IMG/VR virus record: IMGVR_UViG_3300026484_000007
Span: 208,603-272,602 of that record
Length of the DNA stretch: 64,000 nt
Strand: one strand, 5' to 3'
How positions within the stretch are numbered: position 1 is the first letter of the stretch; each line of letters opens with the position of its first letter. The notes beneath the pieces are model-generated. The model was not told the origin of the DNA, made no database searches, and was given only the letters and a program-made list of their open reading frames with translations. The position numbers were made by a program, and so were the translations under genes. This document shows positions 49,308 to 58,732 of this stretch, piece by piece.

Positions 49308-49345
49308 AAAAGTGATCTTTTTAAGATCACTTTTTTTGTCGTTAG
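49308..49345 (+). terminator. terminator on a GATC palindrome, with GTCGTTAG tail
   Basis: AAAAGTGATCTTTTTAAGATCACTTTTTTT. Confidence 0.7.
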
Positions 49346-49377
49346 AAAAAATCCATAGAAAAGATTATAAAAATTAA

Positions 49378-49515
49378 GAAAAAACAGCGATCCTAAAACG
49401 TTGCGCTTCTATGGATACACAAAGATATATACGAGTTCTAAAGTTTTATAGTTTTAGAACTCGTATATATCCTTAGTATCGAAAAAAGATGCTACTTAGA
49501 AAATCAAAATTTTTC
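49378..49515. repeat. ~140-bp dispersed palindromic element, copy F
   Basis: Same core. Confidence 0.85.
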
Positions 49516-49546
49516 AAGAAAAAAATAAAAAAATAAAGGAAAATAA

Positions 49547-50509
49547 ATGCTAAATGAAATTACTTTATTTATCACAAAAGAATGCAATATGAACTGCGAT
49601 TATTGTACTCAAGAAAATAATAAAGATTCGATAGATGATAATGAATCGCTAGAGTTAACAATCAAAACAATTGAAAGTTTAATCAAAGATAAAAAATTAA
49701 GTTCAAAAACTTCGTGGCATTTTTTTGGAGGAGAACCTACTTTAAAATTCGATAAAATGTTAAAATTATATAAGTATTTAAAAACTCAAGGCTTTAAAAA
49801 TTTTAAATTATTTACTAATGGATTAATAAAAGAATCTTTTTTAGATCACATTCCAAATGATATAATGATTTCGATATCCTACGATGGATTGTCTCAGAAA
49901 AATCGATCTTCAAAAGATCGTGATAAAATTATTAATAATATTAAATATTTAATTACTAAAAATAATTTTGAAAAAATAAATTTCATTTATGATGAATTTT
50001 TATTAAAAAATTATTTTTTTATTAGTGATCTTTTAAAGATCCCTGAGTGGAAAATTACACATAGTTTAAATAGAAATTTTTATTGGTGGACTCCAGAAAG
50101 AATTGAAAAATATTTAACCGAATTTAATGCTTTAGCAGAATATAATTTTTTTGCAAATATATATAGAAAAAATAAAGATATCGAAGATATATATTTTATG
50201 TATTTTCAAAATATATTTAATCAATCAAAAAGATCGATTTTAGGATGTGGGCTTAAAGATTCTCGAATAAGTATATATCCAGATGGATCTATCAAAAATT
50301 GCGGAATTAGATCATTTAATGAAGATGATTATGTTTCTCAAAAAGAGATTGAATCTTTTTGTAAAAATTGTGAAGCTTATAAATTCTGCGATAAAAAATG
50401 CCCTATCGAAATGAAAAAATTTCCAGAGCTTTTTCAATATTCTTTTTGTGAAATAAAAATAAATGAAATTAAAACGCTTGAAAAATATTTTAAAAAGGAA
50501 CTTAAATGA
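49547..50509 (+). CDS. radical SAM protein with SPASM-type C-terminus
   Basis: CNMNCDYC, FFGGEP, TNG, SYDG; CG...C...CKNC..FCDKKCP. Confidence 0.9.
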   Translation: MLNEITLFITKECNMNCDYCTQENNKDSIDDNESLELTIKTIESLIKDKKLSSKTSWHFFGGEPTLKFDKMLKLYKYLKTQGFKNFKLFTNGLIKESFLDHIPNDIMISISYDGLSQKNRSSKDRDKIINNIKYLITKNNFEKINFIYDEFLLKNYFFISDLLKIPEWKITHSLNRNFYWWTPERIEKYLTEFNALAEYNFFANIYRKNKDIEDIYFMYFQNIFNQSKRSILGCGLKDSRISIYPDGSIKNCGIRSFNEDDYVSQKEIESFCKNCEAYKFCDKKCPIEMKKFPELFQYSFCEIKINEIKTLEKYFKKELK

Positions 50510-50916
50510 ATTCAGAACTTATCTTATACAAGTATCTTATTACAGATAAAATACGATCTTTAAAAGATCTTTTTAATCTTAATCCAGATGAAAAATTAAT
50601 TTATGCAATAGATAATTTATTAGAGAGCGCTATTCTTTTTGAATCTTTAAATGATTCAAAACTAGAAAAAATTTCAGAAGAATTATTTAATCTTCATGAA
50701 AGATTATATTCGGAAATAGAAAATATAGTTCATAAAAAATTCCAAAATGAATTATTAAATGAAAAAATTATTAAAGAAAAGCAAGAGTACTACGAAGAGA
50801 TCTTAAAAAGATCACAAACTGATTTAGACAAAAAAGAATATGAAGATATCGAATCTCTCGAATTTCAATTGAAAAAGGATATAAGAAAGGATACAAGAAA
50901 GGATACTAAAAAATGA
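50506..50916 (+). CDS. hypothetical helical protein
   Basis: Translationally coupled to both neighbours. Confidence 0.7.
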   Translation: MNSELILYKYLITDKIRSLKDLFNLNPDEKLIYAIDNLLESAILFESLNDSKLEKISEELFNLHERLYSEIENIVHKKFQNELLNEKIIKEKQEYYEEILKRSQTDLDKKEYEDIESLEFQLKKDIRKDTRKDTKK

Positions 50917-52100
50917 AAGAAGCATCAAAAAATACAATAGAAAACACGGTAGTGATCGATTTAATTACTAATAAAGATTGCAATATGAATTGCAAGTATT
51001 GCTTTGAGCAAGGACATTTTAAGAATACTCAGCTAACCGAAGAAACAATAAATAATATTTTTAATTATATTAAATTATTAAAAGAAAAAGATCCTTCGGT
51101 AAATTTTGAATTTATTTTAATTGGTGGAGAACCGAGCATCGCAAAAAATTTAAATTTATTTTTAGAAAAATTGAAAACCTTAGACGAAAAGGATCTAAAA
51201 AAGATCACTTATATGACAAATGGATTATCAAAAGAAAAAATTGAAAATCATTTAAATCAAATAAATAATCTAATTGATCCTAAAAAGATCGAACTTCAAA
51301 TTTCTTATGATGGAAAAGGTTTTCATGATAAAAATAGATTATTTAAACAACAAGGGAATTTAATTCCTACAAGTGCTATTATAAAAGAGAATATCGATTA
51401 TTTTTATAATTCTGGTAAATGTTATGTTACTATAAAAAGTACAATAACTTATCAAGATTTATTAGATAAAGGATCTTTATTAGATACATTAAACGATTTT
51501 GAAGAATTAAATGAAAAATACCATATATTATATTCCGTTTCAGAAGACAAAACATCGTTCGAAATTCCTGAGAATTTATTTAAAAATAATTTAAATAAAT
51601 TATTAGAATCGTTATTGATCTTAGAAAGATTCGAAAAAGATTTCTTTAAAAAGAAAGGATATTTTTTGACTAAATGGTTTAATGGTGCTAGTTATAGAGC
51701 AGATAATAAAACTTGTGGTATGGGAAATAAAATTATTAGTTTTTCTCCAACGGGAGATGCAATGGCTTGCCATGCAATTGAATACTACGACACTAATGAA
51801 TCTAAAAAAGATCTTTTATACGGAAATATCAATCAAGACTCTTTAGATAGCATTTATGAAAATTTTGAAAGAATTAAAAAAGAAATCAATAATAATAAAT
51901 ACAACCAATGCATAGATTGCAAAACTTTATATTGTAGCAAATGTCCAGCATACACTTTCGAATCTTTAAAAGATCTAAAAAAGATCTATACTGGATCTAA
52001 ATTAAATAATCAAAATTTATGCAACTTTTTTAATTTATTAAGCATAAATATTTATAGAGTTTATAAAGAATTAAATATTCTTGATAAGCTGAAAAAATAA
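50913..52100 (+). CDS. radical SAM/SPASM protein
   Basis: CNMNCKYC, IGGEP, TNG, ISYDG; CGMG...ACH...CIDC...CSKCP...C. Confidence 0.92.
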   Translation: MKEASKNTIENTVVIDLITNKDCNMNCKYCFEQGHFKNTQLTEETINNIFNYIKLLKEKDPSVNFEFILIGGEPSIAKNLNLFLEKLKTLDEKDLKKITYMTNGLSKEKIENHLNQINNLIDPKKIELQISYDGKGFHDKNRLFKQQGNLIPTSAIIKENIDYFYNSGKCYVTIKSTITYQDLLDKGSLLDTLNDFEELNEKYHILYSVSEDKTSFEIPENLFKNNLNKLLESLLILERFEKDFFKKKGYFLTKWFNGASYRADNKTCGMGNKIISFSPTGDAMACHAIEYYDTNESKKDLLYGNINQDSLDSIYENFERIKKEINNNKYNQCIDCKTLYCSKCPAYTFESLKDLKKIYTGSKLNNQNLCNFFNLLSINIYRVYKELNILDKLKK

Positions 52101-52112
52101 AAAGGAGAAATT

Positions 52113-52682
52113 ATGGCTAAGTGTACGTGCGAAGTGATTAGTGCGTGTTCTTCCACTTGGAACTCAAAGTATTGTAGTACAGTTTGTGCATGTAATGACG
52201 TTACATCTTGTTATGACGATTGTAGCGCTTATCTTTCGACATCTCAAGCTAGAGACGATTTTGATAGCACTAAAGAAGATGAGGTTAATACTGCTAGAGA
52301 TAATTTTAAAGGTAAAAAAGTAATTAAAATTTCCGATTTAAAAGCAATTCGAAAATATTTGAATGATATTGCTAAAAGTAAAAAAGATAGTTCTATCACA
52401 ATAGATGAATTAGATAAAAGTAAAGGAGATACCGTTGAAGCAGCTGACGCAGATGATCCAAGAAAAACTAGTTTAAAAATTGGCCTTTTATCTGGAGTAA
52501 ACGCTGCGAGCGCAACATATGATCTTGGAAATATGGGAGAAATTGAATCAGAAGACATCATTGATGGATCGCAATTAAAAACTATAGCCGAATCAATTGT
52601 TGATATAGCTTTATCATGCAGATGTGTTGGTTATTCAGCACAAACTTGTAATGATCAATGTGTTTGCGATTGTAATTATTAA
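52113..52682 (+). CDS. Cys-rich protein, candidate radical-SAM substrate / tail-tip component
   Basis: 8 Cys in the first 37 aa and 6 Cys in the last 21 aa (CVCDCNY end). Confidence 0.6.
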   Translation: MAKCTCEVISACSSTWNSKYCSTVCACNDVTSCYDDCSAYLSTSQARDDFDSTKEDEVNTARDNFKGKKVIKISDLKAIRKYLNDIAKSKKDSSITIDELDKSKGDTVEAADADDPRKTSLKIGLLSGVNAASATYDLGNMGEIESEDIIDGSQLKTIAESIVDIALSCRCVGYSAQTCNDQCVCDCNY

Positions 52683-52729
52683 AAAATTATTAAAATTATT
52701 AAATTTAAATTTATTAAAAAGGAGAAAAT

Positions 52730-53521
52730 ATGTATTATACTTATGTATTTATGAAAAAAGTTTCAGACAATTATTATCAACCGATATCAATAGATAGAGT
52801 TTTTCAAACAGTAGCACCATTCTTAAAATTAGATAATTTTGATTTAGCAGCAAGAATTGATGATCAAGCAATTCGATTAATAGAATATGCGTGGAAGAAT
52901 AAAGAATTTCCTTTAATAAAAGCAGATTATGGAGATATGGTTAGCGTCGACAAAATCATTGTTTTTTCAATGGAAGAATTCAGAAAAGAAATTCTCGCGA
53001 CTAGAAATCCTAATAAATTAAAAGGTAAAACAATTGAAGAGCTATTCGACGATGAAGATTTAAAAAATGAATATCTTTTTGAAAAAAGAAAAGAAGAAAT
53101 TCTTAAAGAGATTCTTAATCAATTCTTCCCAATGTTTAACGTTTGGGATTTAATGAATATGATTAAATATTTAGAATACTGGGGAATTTTATTTAATGAA
53201 GGAATTGTAATTTCTGAAAAAAATAAAGAAGACAAATTCATCGAAATCATTGAAAAAGACGATGATTATCTTTTAGAGATCCTTGAAAAATTCTTAGAAG
53301 CAAAAGAAAGATTTGATAAATTCAATAAAAGTTATTCAGTATATAATAATTTAATTCAAGAGATGGATGAAGTTATGTATTGGGATTTTGATACTTTCGA
53401 AGAAGCTATAGGCACTCTTGATAAAATAAGAAATACATATGTAGCACCAGAAAATTATACTTGGGATAGCGATCTTTATTTATTTAGAAAAATAAGAAAG
53501 GAATATCTTGATAAAAAATAA
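52730..53521 (+). CDS. hypothetical protein
   Basis: 263 aa, AAGGAG RBS. Confidence 0.75.
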   Translation: MYYTYVFMKKVSDNYYQPISIDRVFQTVAPFLKLDNFDLAARIDDQAIRLIEYAWKNKEFPLIKADYGDMVSVDKIIVFSMEEFRKEILATRNPNKLKGKTIEELFDDEDLKNEYLFEKRKEEILKEILNQFFPMFNVWDLMNMIKYLEYWGILFNEGIVISEKNKEDKFIEIIEKDDDYLLEILEKFLEAKERFDKFNKSYSVYNNLIQEMDEVMYWDFDTFEEAIGTLDKIRNTYVAPENYTWDSDLYLFRKIRKEYLDKK

Positions 53522-54377
53522 AAAGGATCGTAAGACTCATTATCATATAATCCTTTCGGATTATTGTGATCGAAGCTGTCCTTATTGTATAAATTCTTCG
53601 GATCAAAATGAGATCATATCAAAAGACGATTACGATTTAATTTTAAAAGAATTAAAAAAAGTTATTACAACAGATGATCTGCAAAAGATCGTTATCGAAT
53701 TTAATGGAGGGGAATTTACTTTAATAAAAAATATTGAATGGTATTTTGAAAGATTATCTTTTATTTTTCAAGATCTATCTAAAAGTGATCTAAAAAAGAT
53801 ACAAATAATACTTACTACGAATTTCATAGCAGAAAATATTATTTATAATAATATTTATGATCACTTGAGATCTTTTTTAGATCATGATCAAATATGGTTT
53901 TGGGTAAGCACGCACTATGATTATACTGAAGAAAATTATATTCAAAAATTAAAAGATTTTTTAAGTTATCATAAAATTAAAAATAATAAAATAAATTACT
54001 GGTTTAACACATTAACCGTTTCGAAAAAACATAATAAATACATTAATGATCTTAGAAAGATCGCAAAAGAAAAATTAAAAGAATTATTTGATTTTCATAA
54101 CATTATTTTTAGTACTTCCAATTTAATTCCAGTTTCTTCGCTGAAAAAGAATATATATTGGTATGACACCAAACCTAAATTATGCTCGGGAAATATTTAT
54201 TTAATTATGTATAAAGGAGTGAGCAATTATTGTAAAGAAGAATTTTTTTCTTTCAATGAGATCTTTAAAAGATACGAACAGGATAATCAAGGTAATCGAA
54301 GTATACTTTGTAAGAAATCCTGCACCGATCAAAAATTTGATGAAGAATTATTTAAGCCTAAATATTTAAAAAAATAA
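53508..54377 (+). CDS. radical SAM protein
   Basis: CDRSCPYC, NGGEF, TTN. Confidence 0.85.
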   Translation: MIKNKKDRKTHYHIILSDYCDRSCPYCINSSDQNEIISKDDYDLILKELKKVITTDDLQKIVIEFNGGEFTLIKNIEWYFERLSFIFQDLSKSDLKKIQIILTTNFIAENIIYNNIYDHLRSFLDHDQIWFWVSTHYDYTEENYIQKLKDFLSYHKIKNNKINYWFNTLTVSKKHNKYINDLRKIAKEKLKELFDFHNIIFSTSNLIPVSSLKKNIYWYDTKPKLCSGNIYLIMYKGVSNYCKEEFFSFNEIFKRYEQDNQGNRSILCKKSCTDQKFDEELFKPKYLKK

Positions 54378-54423
54378 TTAAAATAATTAAAATAATAAAA
54401 ATAATAAAAAGCAAGGGAAATTA

Positions 54424-55191
54424 ATGCAATATGTATATTATAGACTCGACCCTAAATATTTACAAGAAAAATATAAATTAGAAAGTACTCTTCAAGATTT
54501 TTTTTATGGATATCAAACGTTTATAAATCCAGAAAAGAAATACATAATTAAAAACATTCCTCCATTAATCAATCAAGATAAAGACGGCTATTTTTATTTT
54601 TGGAATAAATTTTTATCGTTATTTTCATATGCTAGCGATCATCATCGATTTACTTCGCAAGATATATATATTGATCACGATGTTTTTTTATTTAATTTGC
54701 CTTCCAAAGATACCGAGAATTCCAATAATTTTTATTATACTTATGGGATTTATAATAGCACTAATAAAGTTAGTGCAGCTTGTTTTTCTTTAAAAAAATT
54801 TGAAGATTTTAAATATTATTTTAAAGTTTTTTTTAGTTGTAATGATTATATTAGAAAGAAGCCAGAAAAATTCGAAGAATTTTTATTAACAGAGTGGATA
54901 AAATCATTCATGTCCGACAAAAATTCTGAAAAATTAAAGAAAAAAATCATAAAGTTTTCAGAAAATAAGATAACGTTAGAAAAGCAAAAAACCTTTAAAA
55001 ATTTTATACTACATTATCAGACAAATTTTTTATATCAATTTATTATAAAAAATAAAGATAGTATTAAAATATTTTTAAAAGAAAAATTTTATATTAAAAC
55101 ATTACATGATCTTTTAAAGATCCTTAAAGATCTTGAAAAGATTTATAAGGATTTAAAAAATGAAAAAATATCAAAAAGTTATTTTTTATAA
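54424..55191 (+). CDS. DxD-motif (GT-A-like) protein, paralog of 56135-56761
   Basis: RLDPKY..KY and YIDHD shared with the paralog. Confidence 0.45.
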   Translation: MQYVYYRLDPKYLQEKYKLESTLQDFFYGYQTFINPEKKYIIKNIPPLINQDKDGYFYFWNKFLSLFSYASDHHRFTSQDIYIDHDVFLFNLPSKDTENSNNFYYTYGIYNSTNKVSAACFSLKKFEDFKYYFKVFFSCNDYIRKKPEKFEEFLLTEWIKSFMSDKNSEKLKKKIIKFSENKITLEKQKTFKNFILHYQTNFLYQFIIKNKDSIKIFLKEKFYIKTLHDLLKILKDLEKIYKDLKNEKISKSYFL

Positions 55192-55945
55192 ATTAAATTT
55201 TTTCAATGGTAATCTTTTTTACGCATTTGAATATTTTGAATATCTACGAAAAAATAATTGGAAATTAATAATAGATTTAAATGGATCTTTAAAAGATCCA
55301 TTTAAACTTCCAATAAATAAAAAAATTTTATTTGAAGCGTTTCGAGAAAAATACAGTAAAAAATATCATAATTTATTTACTGAAATTATTTTCTTGAAAC
55401 CTTCAACTTTTTTTGTCGCCGATAAAATCCTTGTATTAGATCAAACCAGCATAAAATATTTAAATAAAACATTCGTGTCTAAAAAGATTATTTATAATTA
55501 TGGAGACGATGAGCGATCTTTAAAAGATCCTTTGAATAATAAAAATAATAAAAATAATAAAAATATTATTACGATAGGAGATAAAGATATCGGTTGTAAA
55601 ATTCAATATCATTATCCATTAAAATTAAATTTTAAAATCTTAAAACGTTTAAATTATAAAAGGATCCAAAAAAGATCCTTTTTGGAAAATAAAACAAAAA
55701 ACATCTATGAAAGAAAAAGAAATGTTAAAGATTTTCATTATACTTTCGATACTTTAATTTATAAAAAAGAAAATTTCTGGGAAAGAGCAAATCGATTAAT
55801 TCCAGAATGTAAATTTTATAATAAAGAAATAATATTTGAAAATAAAGATAAAAGAATTGATAGCGCAAATCTTCGCTATCAATCGTCGTGGAAAGATTAT
55901 AGTTTATATCATAGTGATTTTAAAGATTTCGTGGAAAATCTTTGA
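55160..55945 (+). CDS. glycosyltransferase-like (GT-B?) protein, paralog of 59644-60579
   Basis: GNLFYAFEY, AFREKY and RLIPECKFYNKEI shared with the paralog. Confidence 0.4.
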   Translation: MKKYQKVIFYKLNFFNGNLFYAFEYFEYLRKNNWKLIIDLNGSLKDPFKLPINKKILFEAFREKYSKKYHNLFTEIIFLKPSTFFVADKILVLDQTSIKYLNKTFVSKKIIYNYGDDERSLKDPLNNKNNKNNKNIITIGDKDIGCKIQYHYPLKLNFKILKRLNYKRIQKRSFLENKTKNIYERKRNVKDFHYTFDTLIYKKENFWERANRLIPECKFYNKEIIFENKDKRIDSANLRYQSSWKDYSLYHSDFKDFVENL

Positions 55946-56075
55946 TTTTTAAAGTAGCATCTATTTTCGATACAAGCGATATAAAAGCAGTTCTAAAAAA
56001 TTTAGAACTGCTTTAGAACTCGTATATATCTTTGGGTATCTAATGAAGCGCAACGTTTTAGGATCACGAGTTTTC
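55934..56075. repeat. ~140-bp dispersed palindromic element, copy G (inverted)
   Basis: Reverse complement reads GAAAACTCGTGATCCTAAAACGTTGCGCTTC...GATGCTAC. Confidence 0.85.
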
Positions 56076-56134
56076 AAAGGAAAAAATGAAAGTATAAATA
56101 AATTTATAAATAAATCAAAGTCAAGGAATTATTT

Positions 56135-56761
56135 ATGGACGATTTAAAATTTATTAGAATAGATCCAAAATATATGGAGGATAAATATAAATACGAAGAC
56201 GAAATAACTTATATTATTTTTAAAGATCTTTTTAATATAGAAATAAAATACATTGAACCGATTTATAAAAATTTTTATAAAGAAAGAAAATATATAGATA
56301 AAAAATGGGAAAAGATTTTGACACTGATACATTATTCTTTTTCAGATTCATCTAAAAAATATTATATAGATCATGATATAATTATTAACCCTCGTGTATT
56401 ATCAATGAATAAAATAAACGCGACTTTTGGAGCATATTGCAAGACAGGTAATAAGCTAATGGCTAGTTTTATAGATATGAAAATTATTCAAAATTATAAA
56501 AATATTTTATCTGAAAATATTTTTTTATTAAAAGATATAAATAATGAAGAAATATTATTTAAAGAAATTATTTCAAAATTTAATAAATTTAACAATGTAA
56601 ATTATTTCGATTTACCATTTAATACTATAGAAAATTTAACTTTTCAAATGCATTATAATATTAATTTTATACAACCTTTAATTATAAAAAATAAAAAAAT
56701 AAAAAATAAAAAATATTTAATAAATTTGACAAAAAAACTTAGGAGAATTTATGAAAAATAA
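56135..56761 (+). CDS. DxD-motif protein, paralog of 54424-55191
   Basis: RIDPKYMEDKY, YIDHD. Confidence 0.45.
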   Translation: MDDLKFIRIDPKYMEDKYKYEDEITYIIFKDLFNIEIKYIEPIYKNFYKERKYIDKKWEKILTLIHYSFSDSSKKYYIDHDIIINPRVLSMNKINATFGAYCKTGNKLMASFIDMKIIQNYKNILSENIFLLKDINNEEILFKEIISKFNKFNNVNYFDLPFNTIENLTFQMHYNINFIQPLIIKNKKIKNKKYLINLTKKLRRIYEK

Positions 56762-57845
56762 AAATGATAGATTAAATAAATTTAATAAATTTAATAAATT
56801 TAATAAATTTAATAAATTTAACTCTATAGAAGATCTTTATAATAACTCATGTTTAAAATATGATCATTCGATAATAGATATCAAAAATGAATTTATTAAA
56901 TTAAATAAAATTTTAAAATTAAATGATGAGAGAATTAAAATTGATACGGGATTTGCTTGTAATGCTAAATGTTATTTTTGCTATTATCGATCTCATTTAA
57001 AAGATCCATTTCTTGAATTATCAGAAATTAAAAAACAGATCTTTCATGCAAAACAAATGAATTTTAAACAGGTGGAATTTAGTGGAGGAGAAAGTACTTA
57101 TCATCCTAAATGGTTTGATATGCTTGAAATTGCTCAAAAGTTAAATTTAAAATCCAGTTTGGTTTCAAATGGATTATTATTATCAAACTATGATTTTATT
57201 AAAAAAAGTTATAATTTAGGACTTAAAGAAGTTTTATTTAGTGTTCATGGTTATAAAGAAAATCATGATAAAATGATTGGGGTTGAAGGAGCGTTCGAGA
57301 AGATAATCCAAGCTATAAAATATTCTAAAGAACTGGGTATTCTACCAAGGATAAATATAACAGTCAATCTCATGAATATCAAAGTAATTCCTAATATAGT
57401 AAATTATTTATTGAATATAGGAGTGTATCAATTTAATTTTATAGAAATAAATAATTCTCATGAAGCTTTTAAAACAGCAAGAAAACAGCATTCGGAAATA
57501 TATAATTCTTTTAAAGAGCTTGAACCGATTTTTGATAAAATAATTGAAACTTATAAAAGAGATGATTGTTTAAATATTAGATATTTACCGTATTGTAAAA
57601 TCAATGAAAAGTATCATAAATACATGAAAAATTATATCCATCACTGGTTCGATCATTTTGATTGGAATCCATTGTTTGTGCATAGAACCGATTTTACCAC
57701 GGATAAAATTAAAACTTGGAAAAAAAGAGATTTATCTGTTTTCATAAAACAATTAAAAGCAACAAGAGATTATTGGTATTATAAAGATGAAGATTGCGAA
57801 AGTTGTAAATTTAATGGAGTATGCGATGGATATAAAAAACAATAA
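56751..57845 (+). CDS. radical SAM protein
   Basis: CNAKCYFC, FSGGE, SNG, SVHG; C-terminal CESC...CDG; N-terminal NKF repeats. Confidence 0.92.
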   Translation: MKNKNDRLNKFNKFNKFNKFNKFNSIEDLYNNSCLKYDHSIIDIKNEFIKLNKILKLNDERIKIDTGFACNAKCYFCYYRSHLKDPFLELSEIKKQIFHAKQMNFKQVEFSGGESTYHPKWFDMLEIAQKLNLKSSLVSNGLLLSNYDFIKKSYNLGLKEVLFSVHGYKENHDKMIGVEGAFEKIIQAIKYSKELGILPRINITVNLMNIKVIPNIVNYLLNIGVYQFNFIEINNSHEAFKTARKQHSEIYNSFKELEPIFDKIIETYKRDDCLNIRYLPYCKINEKYHKYMKNYIHHWFDHFDWNPLFVHRTDFTTDKIKTWKKRDLSVFIKQLKATRDYWYYKDEDCESCKFNGVCDGYKKQ

Positions 57846-57865
57846 AAAATTTAAGGATTAATTTT

Positions 57866-58732
57866 ATGCGAAATACAGATGAAATACAAAATTTTTATTT
57901 AAAATCAATGGCTCAGACTCCACTTTACAATACATTATATTTAAATACAGTTTTTACTAAAAAATGCAATTTTAATTGCAGTTATTGTTTCCAAGATAAA
58001 ACAGATGAAATTCTCGATTTGAACGTATTTGAAAATATTTTAAAAAAATTATTAAAATTTAAAAATATTGATAAATATATTTTTTCCATAATGGGAGGGG
58101 AATTATCTTTATTAGATGCTAAGTATATAAATAATATTTTTAATATATTTAATAAAGAATTTAAAGAATTAAAAAAATTAAAAAAAGATATCAAAATAGT
58201 CTTCGTTACTAATTTTTCTACGGATTTTAAAAATATTTATGAATTATATTTTTCAAAAGATTTTCTTAGTAAAAACGTTTTATTAGATTTAGCTATATCT
58301 CATCATCATCAAAATGAAAATCAATTATTCAATAAAGCAATAAATGATTTTATTGATCATAAATTATTGCTTCAAGAAAATATATTATTTACTATCAAGA
58401 CATTTAATATTAATTCATACGAAAAATTTATCAATTTAAAAAACGAATTCTTTAAAAAACATAAAAAATATCAAAATGATTTTTTAATCGAATTCGGTGA
58501 TAAAAATTGGAAAATTCAAAAAAGAATTTTTGCAAAAATAAAAAAATTTACAAGACCAGTAATATGTAATTCTTGGAATTATAATTTAGATTCAAATGGA
58601 AAATTATATCATTTATGTAATTTAAAAGAAATCGATATAAATGAAATAAAACAGATCCCTATTTTTTGCAATAAAAGGTGTAGCAATTATGAAATCGAAC
58701 AAGACACTTATAAAAGACATATACAAAAATAA
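57866..58732 (+). CDS. radical SAM protein
   Basis: CNFNCSYC, MGGELS, TNFS. Confidence 0.88.
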   Translation: MRNTDEIQNFYLKSMAQTPLYNTLYLNTVFTKKCNFNCSYCFQDKTDEILDLNVFENILKKLLKFKNIDKYIFSIMGGELSLLDAKYINNIFNIFNKEFKELKKLKKDIKIVFVTNFSTDFKNIYELYFSKDFLSKNVLLDLAISHHHQNENQLFNKAINDFIDHKLLLQENILFTIKTFNINSYEKFINLKNEFFKKHKKYQNDFLIEFGDKNWKIQKRIFAKIKKFTRPVICNSWNYNLDSNGKLYHLCNLKEIDINEIKQIPIFCNKRCSNYEIEQDTYKRHIQK

